DNA of 64,000 nucleotides from a bacterium (lineage in GTDB: Bacteria > Myxococcota_A > Bradymonadia > UBA7976 > UBA1532): NCBI GenBank assembly GCA_030427205.1, contig JAUHXC010000011.1, forward strand, positions 108,016-172,015. The letters are read 5' to 3'. The position numbers and the translations under genes are program-made. Under the pieces are notes generated by a model. The model ran no database searches and had not been told where the DNA came from. It worked only from the letters and a program-made list of their open reading frames with translations. Within the stretch, counting starts at the first letter, position 1; every line of letters begins with the position of its first letter. Below, piece after piece: positions 26,091 to 36,025 of the stretch.

Positions 26091-26825
26091 TCAGGCGGCG
26101 CCGCTGGCCAGCACGACGGTCGCCAGCGCGTTGTTGATCTGGTGCAGGGCGACGGCGGGCCACAGCGACCCCGAGCGCAACCGCAGCCACGCGGCGGCGA
26201 TTCCCAGCGCGGTGGTCGCCGGGATGAGCTGCGGGTCCATGTGGAATACGCCGAAGATCAGCGAAGAGACGATCACCGCCGTCCACTTTCGGCGGGTGGG
26301 GTCGGCCGGGCCGCGCTCGAGCAGGAACGACAGCAGGACCCCGCGGAAGATCAGCTCTTCGGCGAAGGGCACGGTCACGACGGTCATCAACGCCACCGCG
26401 GCGAGCTGCACCGGCGACATCTGATCGAGCAGCATGAACGCCTGGGGGTGCTCCTCCATGCCCGTCAGCGCTTCGAGCGCCAGGCTGAAGACCAGATTCA
26501 GCGGCAGCAGCGCGATCAGGGCCAGCGGGGCCCAGCTCAAGTGGCGCAGGGTGGTGGGCACGAGCCCGACCGCCGCCCGGCGCGCGGGGTGAGGCAGCAC
26601 CAGCAGCGCCACCGGGCCGAGGGTGGCGAACCCGAGCGCATAGGCCCCGAGGACGAAGCTGCGTCGCGGGTCGAAGCCAGCCTGCTCGGCGATGAAATGC
26701 GCGGTGTATACGGCGGCCACGACCGTGAGGATGCTGGCGAGGAGCAGCCAGACGATCTGATGGCCGGACCAGAAGCGCGCTGGCGACGGGTCGTCGTCCG
26801 GCGCGTCGGGCCACCTGGGGCTCAC
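26091..26825 (-). CDS. CPBP family intramembrane glutamic endopeptidase (CAAX protease-like)
   Basis: EELIFRG, FGVFH and H...N are the CPBP motifs. The GTG start overlaps the upstream stop as GTGA. The Arg-rich N-terminal part of ORF 26091..27380 is rejected. Confidence 0.75.
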   Translation of the reverse strand: MSPRWPDAPDDDPSPARFWSGHQIVWLLLASILTVVAAVYTAHFIAEQAGFDPRRSFVLGAYALGFATLGPVALLVLPHPARRAAVGLVPTTLRHLSWAPLALIALLPLNLVFSLALEALTGMEEHPQAFMLLDQMSPVQLAAVALMTVVTVPFAEELIFRGVLLSFLLERGPADPTRRKWTAVIVSSLIFGVFHMDPQLIPATTALGIAAAWLRLRSGSLWPAVALHQINNALATVVLASGAA

Positions 26826-29800
26826 GGCTGGCCGATGTTGCCGCTGCGGGCGTCGGCGCCATCGTCGCCCGGGCCGACGGCGGTATTGCTGGAGTTGCCC
26901 CCGCGGCCGCCAGGGCCGTAGGTCGGCACGTCGTCGGCCAACTCGAAGCTGTTGTCGGCGGCGTAGTCGGGCAGCGCGCCGTCGACGGCCACGAAGATGT
27001 CGAAGCTGGGGCCGCCGCGCCCGCCGCCGCCGCCGCCGCCGTGGCCGCCGCGCCCGCCCTGGCCGCCTTCGCCGCCGGCGAACGAGCAGAAGTCCATCAG
27101 CACCGCGCCCCGCCGGCCGCCGCCCCCGCCGGCCCCGCCCTCGCCGCCGCCGCCGCCGTTGCCGCCGACGCCGCCGCTGCCGCCGATGCCGCGGGCGATG
27201 CGGTTGTCGACGATGGTCGGCAGCCCGTCGGGGCCCGGCGCGTCGCCGGTGTAGGCCACGAAGATGCCGAAGGCCCCGCCGCCGGCCCCGCCGCCGCCGC
27301 CGGCGTCGCCCGCGCAGCCGCCGCTGCCGCCGCCGCCGCCGGTCGCGCCGAAGTCGGCCGCGCCGAAGTAGTCGGCCCACAAGACCAGGGTGCCGCCCGA
27401 CGCGCCGCCGCCGCCGCCGCCGCTGCCCGGGCTGCCCGCGGCGCCATCGCCGCCGGTCGCGCCGCGCCAGTGGCCCTCGACGAAGGCCCCGCCGTCGCCG
27501 CCGTCGCCGCCTTCGCCGTCGTCGCCGCGCAGGCCGTTGACCCCCGAGCCGGGGTCGGCCGGGCCGGCGTCGGACGGATCACAGAAGCGGTCGTTATTCG
27601 ACAGCAGCCCCCAGCCGCCGTCGCCGCCGCCGCCGCCCATCGCGCCGCTGCCCACCTGCCCCGAGCCCTCCTGGCGCTCCTGCGTCGGGCAGCTGGCGTA
27701 GCCGCCGCGGCCGCCGTCGACGGCCACGCCGCCGCAGCTCAGGCGCCCGGCGGCGCCGCCGAGCTGGCCCGGCAGGCCCTCGGCCGGGTCGCCGAACTCG
27801 ACGCCCTCGCACGGGCTGGGATCGGGGGTCTCGCGGGAGTCGAGCCCGTCGCCGCCGGGCTCGCCCGGATCGCCGCTGTCGCCCGAGTCACCGTCGACGC
27901 CCCGGCCGCCGTCGCCGCCGAAGATGCGGTTGTCGCGCACCGTCAACCCGGGCCCGCTGTCGAGCACGTAGATCCCGTAGGCGTTGCCTTCGAGCAGCGG
28001 CGACTCGCCGTTGAGGGTGAAGCCGTCGAAGGCGGTGTCCCGCTCGATGCCGCGCGCGCGCACCACCCAGCGGTCGGTCTGACCGGCCGGCGTTCGGCCG
28101 TTGATGATCGAGATGTTGAGCGCCGGGTTGCGGGCCCAGGTCAGCCGCTGGTGCCCGCCGAGCAGGTCGATGCCCTCACGCAGGTCGACGCTCTCGCGGT
28201 AGAGCCCCTCGGCGACCCGCACCCGCAGGCGACCCTCGGCTTCGGCCCGGTCGAGGCCGAAGCCGATGCGGGCGCACGGCCGGTCGATCGAGCCGCAGTC
28301 GTCGGCATCATCGCCGCCGTTGGCCGGGGTGCTGACGTAGATCGCGTCGGGGTCGATGATCAGCTCGCAGCCGTTGCTGGGCACGCCGTCGGCGTCGCGC
28401 CGGCCGTCGACGCAGTCGAAGCTGCACTGCGCGCCGTTGCCGACGACGGCGCAGCGGGGCACGACGCCGTAGGTCTCGGGGTCGGGGTTCCACAGGCCGC
28501 GGCAGGCGGTGCCGCACGCGCCGCAGTGGTCGAGGGTGGTGTAGCGGCCGCCGCCGTCGACGAAGCCCTCGTCGACCAGGCCGTCGCAGTCGTCGTCCTG
28601 GTAGTCGCAGGTATCGTCGGCGGCGCCCTCCACCGCCTCGGCGTCGCAGATGGCCTGGCTGCGATCGGCGGGATCGCAGACCCGCACCCCGGTGCGCCGG
28701 CACAGCCCGTCGCCGCGCTCGCAGGCCTGGCCCAGATCGGGCCAGTCCTCGTCGGTCGCGCCGTTGCAGTCGTCGTCGACGCCGTTGCAGGTCTCCGCCT
28801 CGGGGTCGCCGGGCACGGCGTCGCAGCGCAGGCCCAGGCCGTCGTCGGTGCAGACCTGCACCCCGGTGCGCCGGCAGCGGCCGATGCCCACGTCGCACGG
28901 CCGGTTGCGGGCGGGGAAGGCCTCGTCGGCGACCCCGTCGCAGTCGTCGTCGAGGCCGTTGCAGATCTCTTCACCGGGCATGCCGGCCACCGCGTTGCAC
29001 TCGGTGGCGTCGCCGCCGGCGGCGCAGATGAAGACCCCCTGCCGCAGGCACGAGCCGACGCCGGTCGCGCAGACGACCCCCAGGTCGGGGTAGGTCTCGT
29101 CGGTCTGCCCGTCGCAGTCGTTGTCCCGGGCGTCGCAGACCTCGTCGGCCGGCGCGCCCGCCTCGGCGTCGCATTGCACGCCCGCGCCGTCGGGCCGGCA
29201 GACGTTGATGCCCTGCCGCTGACACAGGCCGACGCCCACCGCGCAGGGGGTGCGCAGGCCGGCGAACGTCTCGTCGACCACGCCGTCGCAGTCGTCGTCG
29301 ACCCCGTTGCAGGCCTCGTCCTCCGGCTGGCCGGGGCGCGCGCTGCAGACCGCGGCCTCGCCGTCGGCGGCGCAGACCTCGAGCCCCGCGCGCTGACAGG
29401 CGCCCACCCCGACCGTGCAGGCGGTCGACAGGCTGGGGAACGTCTCGTCGGTCTTGGCGTCGCAGTCGTCGTCGACCCCGTTGCACAGCTCTTCGATGGG
29501 CATGCCCGGCTGGACGCCGCACTTCGCCGCGCTGCCGTCGTCGGCGCAGACGTTGAGCCCCGAGCGGGCGCAGGCGCCGATGCCCACCCGGCAGACGGTG
29601 TCGAGCCCGAAGCCCTCGTCGACCAGGCCGTCGCAGTCGTTGTCCCGAGCGTCGCACAGCTCGGCGACCGGCCGATCGGCGCTGCAGACCAGCCGCTTGG
29701 TCTCGACGTCGCAGATGTTGACCCCGGCGCACACCCGCAGGTCGTCGCCGACCTCGGCCTCCGCGGTGCACCGCTCGCCGAGCCCCTCGACGTCGTCGGC

Positions 29801-30559
29801 GTAGCCGTCGCAGTCGTTGTCGGCGCCGTCGCAGATCTCTTCGACGGGCGTGGGCGCGGGGCAGGTGCCCCAGCCCTCGTCGGGGTCGCACTCCTGGCGC
29901 CCGCGGCAGCTGCCGAAGGCGTTGCGCACCTCGCAGAACCGCACCGCGCCGGCGTTCTCGGAGTTGGCGTTGCAGCTGCAACTGCCGGTCAGCGGCACGC
30001 ACTGGGTGACGCTGAGGCCGTCGATGTCGTCGACGGTGCCGCAGCCATAACCCGGCGGACAGGGGTTGTCGGCCTCTTCGGCGTCGGGGTCGCAGTCGAT
30101 GCCGCAGACCCCGCCCTCGCCCTCGATGCCATAGCAGACGCCCTCGGGGCAGTCGGCGGAGGCCTCGCACGGCCGACACAGGCGCCCGTCGGGCGGCACG
30201 CAGACCGAGACCGCGTCGGGCTCGGTATTGCTCACGACGAGGCAGTTCCAGCCCACCGGGCAGCCGCCCGCCAGGCAGCGCCGGGTGCAGATGTCGACGT
30301 CGTTGTTGCTCACGCACCAGCCGTCGATGCACTCGGTATTGTCGTTGCAGCGCTCGCGGAAGTCCTTGAGCCCGCCGTCGACCTCCGGGCCCATGTCGAC
30401 CGGCAGGCCCATCTCGGCGATGGGCGGCGGCTCGGTATCGACCACCCAGAACGGGTTCTCCTCGAGGCGGGGGATCTCGTCGCCGCTGACGCAGGCTGTC
30501 AGCAGAGTGGCGGCGGCCACCCCCAGCGCCAGTGCGAACGTACCGCGCTTCGAAGTCAT
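26822..30559 (-). CDS. giant lipoprotein (1245 aa) with about 9 MopE-type metal-binding repeats (PF11617-like), a beta-helix segment and a Gly-rich C-terminal region
   Basis: ATG follows a GAGGAG Shine-Dalgarno, and the lipobox is LLTAC. Tandem E.C(N/D)(G/A).D(D/N)DCDG..DE units occur about every 50 aa. A DNRIFGG beta-helix segment follows, then a GGxGG-rich tail. Confidence 0.8.
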   Translation of the reverse strand: MTSKRGTFALALGVAAATLLTACVSGDEIPRLEENPFWVVDTEPPPIAEMGLPVDMGPEVDGGLKDFRERCNDNTECIDGWCVSNNDVDICTRRCLAGGCPVGWNCLVVSNTEPDAVSVCVPPDGRLCRPCEASADCPEGVCYGIEGEGGVCGIDCDPDAEEADNPCPPGYGCGTVDDIDGLSVTQCVPLTGSCSCNANSENAGAVRFCEVRNAFGSCRGRQECDPDEGWGTCPAPTPVEEICDGADNDCDGYADDVEGLGERCTAEAEVGDDLRVCAGVNICDVETKRLVCSADRPVAELCDARDNDCDGLVDEGFGLDTVCRVGIGACARSGLNVCADDGSAAKCGVQPGMPIEELCNGVDDDCDAKTDETFPSLSTACTVGVGACQRAGLEVCAADGEAAVCSARPGQPEDEACNGVDDDCDGVVDETFAGLRTPCAVGVGLCQRQGINVCRPDGAGVQCDAEAGAPADEVCDARDNDCDGQTDETYPDLGVVCATGVGSCLRQGVFICAAGGDATECNAVAGMPGEEICNGLDDDCDGVADEAFPARNRPCDVGIGRCRRTGVQVCTDDGLGLRCDAVPGDPEAETCNGVDDDCNGATDEDWPDLGQACERGDGLCRRTGVRVCDPADRSQAICDAEAVEGAADDTCDYQDDDCDGLVDEGFVDGGGRYTTLDHCGACGTACRGLWNPDPETYGVVPRCAVVGNGAQCSFDCVDGRRDADGVPSNGCELIIDPDAIYVSTPANGGDDADDCGSIDRPCARIGFGLDRAEAEGRLRVRVAEGLYRESVDLREGIDLLGGHQRLTWARNPALNISIINGRTPAGQTDRWVVRARGIERDTAFDGFTLNGESPLLEGNAYGIYVLDSGPGLTVRDNRIFGGDGGRGVDGDSGDSGDPGEPGGDGLDSRETPDPSPCEGVEFGDPAEGLPGQLGGAAGRLSCGGVAVDGGRGGYASCPTQERQEGSGQVGSGAMGGGGGDGGWGLLSNNDRFCDPSDAGPADPGSGVNGLRGDDGEGGDGGDGGAFVEGHWRGATGGDGAAGSPGSGGGGGGASGGTLVLWADYFGAADFGATGGGGGSGGCAGDAGGGGGAGGGAFGIFVAYTGDAPGPDGLPTIVDNRIARGIGGSGGVGGNGGGGGEGGAGGGGGRRGAVLMDFCSFAGGEGGQGGRGGHGGGGGGGRGGPSFDIFVAVDGALPDYAADNSFELADDVPTYGPGGRGGNSSNTAVGPGDDGADARSGNIGQP

Positions 30560-30716
30560 CGCGTCTCCTCGTATCGGGGCACGGGCGCCCGGCCGCACCA
30601 TATCCCAACCGCGGCCTCGGTTGGAAAGGGCCGCAACCCCGGCCGTTGCTCCCGGCGGCTGCGATGCGCTCTACTGCGGCCGCCGACGGACGACCCGTCG
30701 GGATGGCGAGGCGGAC

Positions 30717-31445
30717 ATGGCGCGAGACGAGGCGATGATCTTCGGGCTGCGGGCGGCCCTGGCGGTGGGGCGTCATCGGCCCGACGCGATCAGGCGGGTC
30801 TTCCACGACCCGCGACGGCGCAAGGCGGTGAGCCCGCTGCTCAAGGCGACCGCCGCGGCGCGCCGGCCCTATCGTGAGGTCGAGGCCGACGAGCTGGCCC
30901 GCATCGCGGGCACGGTGCACCACGAGGGGGTGGTCGTCGTCGCCGACCCGCTGCCGCTGCTCGACGCGACCGACATGCTCGACGGCATGCCCGACGACGG
31001 GGTTCTGCTGGCCCTCGACGACGTCGACAACCCGCACAACCACGGCGCGATCATCCGCTCGGCGGCGTGGTTCGGCGCGGGCGTGCTGCTCGGCGGCGTC
31101 GACGGGCCGCTCAACCCGGCGGCGGTGCGGGTGGCCCAGGGCGGGGCCGAGCTGGCGCCGGTGGCGGCGACGCGCAACCTGGCGGGCGCCCTGCGCCGGC
31201 TGGCGGAGCGCGGCGTGGCGGTCGTCGGGGCCGACCAGAACGCCGAGCGCCGGCTCTTCGAGCAGCCGCTGCCGCGCCCGGTGTGTCTGGTGCTGGGCAA
31301 CGAGGCCCACGGGCTGTCGAACGACGTGCGCAAGGCGTGCACCGCCACGGTGCGCATCGGCGGCACCGACGCGGTGGAGAGCCTCAACGTCTCGGTCAGC
31401 GCGGGCATCCTGCTGGCGGCGGCGATGGCCGGGGGGCCGTCGTGA
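30717..31445 (+). CDS. TrmH/SpoU family RNA 2'-O-methyltransferase (RlmB-like)
   Basis: SPOUT motifs NPHNHGAIIRSA, LVLGNEAHGLS and ESLNVSVSAGILL. The ATG at 30717 is codon 164 of ORF 30228..31445. Confidence 0.85.
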   Translation: MARDEAMIFGLRAALAVGRHRPDAIRRVFHDPRRRKAVSPLLKATAAARRPYREVEADELARIAGTVHHEGVVVVADPLPLLDATDMLDGMPDDGVLLALDDVDNPHNHGAIIRSAAWFGAGVLLGGVDGPLNPAAVRVAQGGAELAPVAATRNLAGALRRLAERGVAVVGADQNAERRLFEQPLPRPVCLVLGNEAHGLSNDVRKACTATVRIGGTDAVESLNVSVSAGILLAAAMAGGPS

Positions 31446-34069
31446 GGCGAGGGCCGTGGGGGATCGGGCTGCTGTGCCGGATCGGGGTGCTGGGCCGGCT
31501 CGGCATACTGTGCGGTGCCGTGGGGCTGCTGGCGGGCTGCGACGACGATGAACCGGCCGCCGCTGAGCCTCCGCCCGACGCCGCGCCCGCCGACGTCGGC
31601 GAGGACGCAGCCGACGACGCAGCACGGGACGCGGCGACCGATACCGCCACCGATGGGCCGCCCGACGCGACGCCGCCCATCGATCCCGTCGTGCTGGCGG
31701 CGGCGGACGGCACCGCGCTGTGGGTCACCGACCGGGCCATCGAGCTGCGCCACGGCGACGCGGTGCGGCTGCGCATCCCCGCCGACGGGCTGCAGCTGGG
31801 CCTCGTGCCCGCGGTGAACCCGGCCACGAATTACGACCCGTTCTACGTGTACACCGAGGCCCCCGGCGCCTTGCCGAACGGGCTGGCCTGGGCCGGCGCG
31901 GCCCGCCTGGCGCCGGCCCTCGACGGCGCGGCGCTGAATGTCGCGCTGGACTACGGCGCCGCGGGCAGCGGCGCGATCCGCTTCACCGCCGACGACGACC
32001 GCATCGCCGCCCGCTGGACCCCGCCGGACGGCGCGCCGGCGGCCTATTTCCGGCTGCGGGCCGACGCGGACGCCGAGGAGGGCTTCTACGGGCTGGGCGA
32101 GGTCTTCGACCACCCCAATCACCGCGGGCGCATCCGGGCGATGCAGCTCGAGCTCGACGCGCAGATCGAGAGCAGCAACAACGAAGCCCACGTGCCGGTG
32201 CCGCTGTTGATCGGCACCACCGGCTGGGGGCTCTTCGTCGAGAGCTACCACCCCGGCGCATTCGCGGTGGCCGTCGAGCGGCCGGATCTGGTCGACCTGG
32301 GCGTGGGCACGGGCGTCGACTCGGCGCAGGGGCTCGCGCTGCACCTCTTCACCGCCGACCACCCGCTGGACATCACCAAGGACTACTTCGAGGTGACCGG
32401 CTTCCCCCGGCTGCCGGCCCGCTGGGCGCTGGGGCCCTGGCTGTGGCGCGACGAGAACCAGGATCAGGCCGAGGTGGAGGACGACCTCGACGCCATGCGC
32501 GACCTCGACCTGGCCCACACCGGCATCTGGGTCGACCGGCCCTACTCGAGCGGGGTGCACAGCTTCGACTTCGAGCCGACGCAGTTCCCCGACCCGCAGG
32601 CGATGATCGACAAGGCCCACCGGCTCGGCTTCCGCTTCGCGCTGTGGCACACCGGCTACGTGGGCGAAGATCAGCCGGCCACCGCCGAGTTCCACGCCGC
32701 GGCGGAGGCCAACGGCTACTACCCGCCGCAGACGGGCGTCGTCGCCAACAACTGGGGCCGGCCGGTGGACTACACCAACCCCGCGGCCTACGCTTGGTGG
32801 CAGGATCTGGTGCGGCGCTACACCGCCATGGGGGTCGAGGGCTTCAAGCTCGACTACATGGAAGACGTCATCGTGGGCCTCTTCCGGGCGCGCAACGTCT
32901 GGGTCTTCGCCGACGGCTCCACCGAGCGCACGATGCACAAGCTGTTTCAGACGCTCTACCACCGCGCCTTCGCCGAGCTGTTGCCCGAGGACGGCGGTTT
33001 TCTGCTCACCCGGACCGGCACCTGGGGCGGTCAGGTCAACGGCAACATCATCTGGCCCGGCGACCTCGACGCGAACATGCTGCGCCACCGCGAAGAAGGC
33101 GTCGATCGCGACGGCGACACCTACATCGCGGTGGGCGGGCTGCCGGCCTCGATGGTGGCCGGGCTGAGCCTGGGGCCGTCGGGTTATGCGTTCTACGGCA
33201 GCGATACCGGCGGCTACCGCCACTGCCCGCCCGACAAGGAGACCTTCGTCCGCTGGTTCCAGCAGACGGCGCTGTCGTCGGTGATGCAGGTGGGCACGAG
33301 CTGCAACGACGTCGCCTGGCAGCCCACCGCGGGCAACGGCTTCGACGCCGAGGTGCTCGACCTCTACCGCGTCTTCACCCGGCTGCACCTGCGCCTGTGG
33401 CCCTACGCCTGGACCCTGGCCACCGAGCTGGCGACCACCGGCCGGCCGCTGCAGCGGCCTTATGGCCTGCAGCACCCCGAGTCGGGCGAGCACCCGTGGG
33501 ACGTCTACTTCTTCGGCGACGACCTGCTCGTCGCGCCGGTCGTCGAGCGCGACGCCCGGTCGAAGGAGGTGCCCTTCCCGCCGGGCACCTGGTTCGACTG
33601 GTTCACCGGCGAGGCGTACGCCGGCGACGAGCACATCATCATCGATGCGCCGCTGCAGACGCTGCCCCTGTTCTTGCGGGCGGGCGGCATCGTGCCGCTC
33701 CTGCGGCCCACGATCGATACGCTGGCGCCGACCGACGAGCCCGAGCGGGTCGACAGCTACGCCACCGATCCGGGCCGGCTCTACGTGCGCATCGGCCTGG
33801 GCGTCGACGGGGCGCGGGCGCTCTTCGACGGCGCGCGCATCGAGATCGACGGCGATACGGTGCGGCTCACCCCGGGCGCCGAGTTCGACGGCGGCTGGCA
33901 GCTCGAGCTGTTGGGTCGCGCGGTGGCCGCGGTCGAAGCCGACGGGGTGCCACTGCCGGCCCTGCCGACCACCGAGGCCCTCGACAGCGTCGAGCAGGGC
34001 GTGGTGGTCGACGGCCGCTTCACCCACGTACGGGTACCGGCCGACGTGCGGGCGGTCACCCTGCGCTGA
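31442..34069 (+). CDS. glycoside hydrolase family 31 lipoprotein (alpha-glucosidase/alpha-xylosidase-like)
   Basis: The GTG start overlaps the trmH stop as GTGA. The lipobox is LLAGC. GIWVDRPY, KLDYMED and WPGDLD are GH31 catalytic-region motifs. Confidence 0.85.
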   Translation: MRRGPWGIGLLCRIGVLGRLGILCGAVGLLAGCDDDEPAAAEPPPDAAPADVGEDAADDAARDAATDTATDGPPDATPPIDPVVLAAADGTALWVTDRAIELRHGDAVRLRIPADGLQLGLVPAVNPATNYDPFYVYTEAPGALPNGLAWAGAARLAPALDGAALNVALDYGAAGSGAIRFTADDDRIAARWTPPDGAPAAYFRLRADADAEEGFYGLGEVFDHPNHRGRIRAMQLELDAQIESSNNEAHVPVPLLIGTTGWGLFVESYHPGAFAVAVERPDLVDLGVGTGVDSAQGLALHLFTADHPLDITKDYFEVTGFPRLPARWALGPWLWRDENQDQAEVEDDLDAMRDLDLAHTGIWVDRPYSSGVHSFDFEPTQFPDPQAMIDKAHRLGFRFALWHTGYVGEDQPATAEFHAAAEANGYYPPQTGVVANNWGRPVDYTNPAAYAWWQDLVRRYTAMGVEGFKLDYMEDVIVGLFRARNVWVFADGSTERTMHKLFQTLYHRAFAELLPEDGGFLLTRTGTWGGQVNGNIIWPGDLDANMLRHREEGVDRDGDTYIAVGGLPASMVAGLSLGPSGYAFYGSDTGGYRHCPPDKETFVRWFQQTALSSVMQVGTSCNDVAWQPTAGNGFDAEVLDLYRVFTRLHLRLWPYAWTLATELATTGRPLQRPYGLQHPESGEHPWDVYFFGDDLLVAPVVERDARSKEVPFPPGTWFDWFTGEAYAGDEHIIIDAPLQTLPLFLRAGGIVPLLRPTIDTLAPTDEPERVDSYATDPGRLYVRIGLGVDGARALFDGARIEIDGDTVRLTPGAEFDGGWQLELLGRAVAAVEADGVPLPALPTTEALDSVEQGVVVDGRFTHVRVPADVRAVTLR

Positions 34070-34131
34070 CCGCCGCGACCGCCGCGACCGCGGCGGGCCG
34101 CGGCACATCTGTGCTGGCGCACCCCGATACG

Positions 34132-34482
34132 ATGGAGCCCGCGATGAGCACCTGCGATCTGGCCGACCGCACCTGTGAGCCCTGCCGCGGCGGTATTCCG
34201 CCGCTGAAGCCCGCCGAGATCGAGCCCTTCGCCGCCGAGCTGTCCGCCGGCTGGACGGTGGTCGACGGCCACCACCTGCACAAAGAGTACGCCTTCGACG
34301 ACTTCGTCGGCGCGCTCGGCTTCGTCAACGCGGTGGGCGCGCTCGCCGAGGAGATGGGGCATCACCCGGACTTCGAGCTGGGCTGGGGGCGGGTGGTCAT
34401 CACCCTGTGGACCCACAAGATCGACGGGCTGCACGAGGCCGACTTCGTGCTCGCCGCCCGGATCGACCGCGTCCGCACCTGA
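34132..34482 (+). CDS. pterin-4a-carbinolamine dehydratase (PCD/DCoH)
   Basis: EMGHHPDFELGWGRVVITLWTHKIDGL is the PCD motif. Only the last 116 codons of the shadow ORF 31720..34482 are real. An alternative start lies at 34144. Confidence 0.8.
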   Translation: MEPAMSTCDLADRTCEPCRGGIPPLKPAEIEPFAAELSAGWTVVDGHHLHKEYAFDDFVGALGFVNAVGALAEEMGHHPDFELGWGRVVITLWTHKIDGLHEADFVLAARIDRVRT

Positions 34483-34499
34483 GCGGGCGTCGGCGGGCG

Positions 34500-35153
34500 T
34501 CAGCGGTTGGGCGTCCACTGAACGTTGCGCAGGAAGCTGCCCTGCAGATACTCGCGCTCGATGACCCCGGCCATCTCCTCGACGTCGCGATACTCCTCCC
34601 ACGACACCCGGATGACCGGCACGGTGCGGCTGATGTCCTGGATGAAGCTCTCGTACTCGTCGCGCAGGGCCGAGAGGTAGTCCATCGAGATGCCCGACTC
34701 GACGTCTCGCGAGCGCTGCTTGATGCGCGCCATCGACGACGCCGGGCTCAAGTCGAGGTAGACGATCACGTTGGGCCGGCACATGAAGTTGCTCATGTGG
34801 CGGAAGAGGTCGAGGTAGGTGCGGTAGTCGCGCTCGTCGAGCAGGCCCTGGTTGACGAGGGTCTTGGCGAAGACCGCGTCCTCGTAGATCGTGCGATCCT
34901 GCACCCCGCCGCCGCCGCGCCAGATGACCTCCTGATGCTGCTGGAAGCGCCGGTTGAGCAGGTAGATCTGGGTGGCGAAGGCGTAGGTCTTCGGGTCGCG
35001 ATAGAAGTCGGCGAGGTACTCGTTGTCCTGAACCGGCTCGTAGTACACCGGCAGGTCGAGGTGGGCCCCCAGCGAGGTGGCCAGGGTCGTCTTGCCGGCC
35101 CCGATCAGGCCCGCGATTCCGATGAACAGGTCTTGCAGCCGCTCCGCCGCCAT
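34500..35153 (-). CDS. deoxynucleoside kinase (dAK/dGK/dCK family)
   Basis: P-loop GLIGAGKTT, ERS-like motif and the overall dNK pattern (YEP...DRTIYED). Confidence 0.85.
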   Translation of the reverse strand: MAAERLQDLFIGIAGLIGAGKTTLATSLGAHLDLPVYYEPVQDNEYLADFYRDPKTYAFATQIYLLNRRFQQHQEVIWRGGGGVQDRTIYEDAVFAKTLVNQGLLDERDYRTYLDLFRHMSNFMCRPNVIVYLDLSPASSMARIKQRSRDVESGISMDYLSALRDEYESFIQDISRTVPVIRVSWEEYRDVEEMAGVIEREYLQGSFLRNVQWTPNR

Positions 35154-35246
35154 CGATCACCTCCGTCGAATCGGGCCTCTCATATCACGTCGGGCGGCCC
35201 GCCGGGCCCCGCAGGGCGCTCGCCGCGACTTTTTTCGGATCTCTTG

Positions 35247-35276
35247 TTGAAAGCGAATGTCATTTGTCGCTACGGT
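35247..35276 (+). promoter_or_regulatory. candidate sigma70-like promoter with embedded operator upstream of bfd-bfr
   Basis: TTGAAA-N18-TACGGT. The spacer GCGAATGTCATTTGTCGC is an AT-rich imperfect palindrome, Fur-box-like. The site sits about 35 nt upstream of bfd in the divergent dNK/bfd intergenic region. Confidence 0.3.
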
Positions 35277-35309
35277 GCAAAGCGTTCTCAGTGGCGAGGG
35301 ATCGTTGCG

Positions 35310-35498
35310 ATGATCATCTGTATATGCGAAGGGGTGACCGACCGAGACGTGCGCGACGCCGCGCGTCGTGGGGTGGTCAAGCTGTCGGCGCTGACCCGCA
35401 GCTGCGGCGCAGGCGGCGACTGTGGTCAGTGTCGCCCCGATCTCGCGCGCATGCTGCGCGAGCATCGGTCGACGACCCGCACCCCACCGACCAGTTAA
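35310..35498 (+). CDS. bfd: bacterioferritin-associated ferredoxin (Bfd, 2Fe-2S)
   Basis: [14 protein letters not shown]...[10 protein letters not shown] is the Bfd 2Fe-2S Cys pattern. Confidence 0.8.
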   Translation: MIICICEGVTDRDVRDAARRGVVKLSALTRSCGAGGDCGQCRPDLARMLREHRSTTRTPPTS

Positions 35499-35538
35499 GC
35501 CGCGCCCGACGATCCCGGGCGCTCTCGACGGAGGCCCC

Positions 35539-36021
35539 GTGGACCGTACCCCCGACAAGGCGATCATCAAGGCGCTCAACGAGATCCTCACCGGCGAGTT
35601 GACCGCGATCAACCAGTACTTCCTGCACGCGAAGATGTGCGGGGACTGGGGCTTCGAAGAGCTGCACGCGTTCGTGCGCGCCGAGTCGATCGACGAGATG
35701 CGCCACGCCGAGTGGATCATCGAGCGCATCCTCTTCCTCAACGGCGTGCCCAACGTGCAGCGGCTGGGCAAGGTCAACATCGGCGAGACGGTCAAGGAGC
35801 AGTTCGAGCTCGACCTTCAGCTCGAGTATCAGGCCATCCCGCGCCTCAAGCGGGCCATCGAGCTGGCCACCGAGAAGGACGACCACGGCACCCGGGTCCT
35901 GCTCGAGAAGATCCTCGTCAGCGAAGAGGAGCACGTCGACTGGCTCGAGACCCAGCTGACGCTGATCGAGCAGGTCGGCCTGCAGAACTACCTCGCCCGG
36001 CAGCTCAAGACGGGCGGCTGA
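35539..36021 (+). CDS. bfr: bacterioferritin
   Basis: GTG follows GGAGG with a 4-nt spacer. [30 protein letters not shown] matches the Bfr N-terminus including the heme Met. Length is 160 aa. Confidence 0.9.
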   Translation: MDRTPDKAIIKALNEILTGELTAINQYFLHAKMCGDWGFEELHAFVRAESIDEMRHAEWIIERILFLNGVPNVQRLGKVNIGETVKEQFELDLQLEYQAIPRLKRAIELATEKDDHGTRVLLEKILVSEEEHVDWLETQLTLIEQVGLQNYLARQLKTGG

Positions 36022-36025
36022 GCAG

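Noticed and set aside
27041-30877. 1278-aa plus-strand ORF and other long ORFs (30869..34108 minus, 31720..34482 plus, 3348..5363 minus, 5413..7833 plus, 38709..39917 minus, 58725..60875 minus, 60560..64000 minus)
   Set aside because: All are Arg/Ala/Gly-rich, lack motifs, and overlap genes with clear homology on the other strand or frame. For ORF 31720..34482 only the terminal 116 codons (PCD) are genuine.
34070-34131. Rho-independent terminator after the GH31 gene (CCGCCGCG-AC-CGCGGCGG)
   Set aside because: A GC stem is possible but the loop is too short and no T-tract follows. Not supported.
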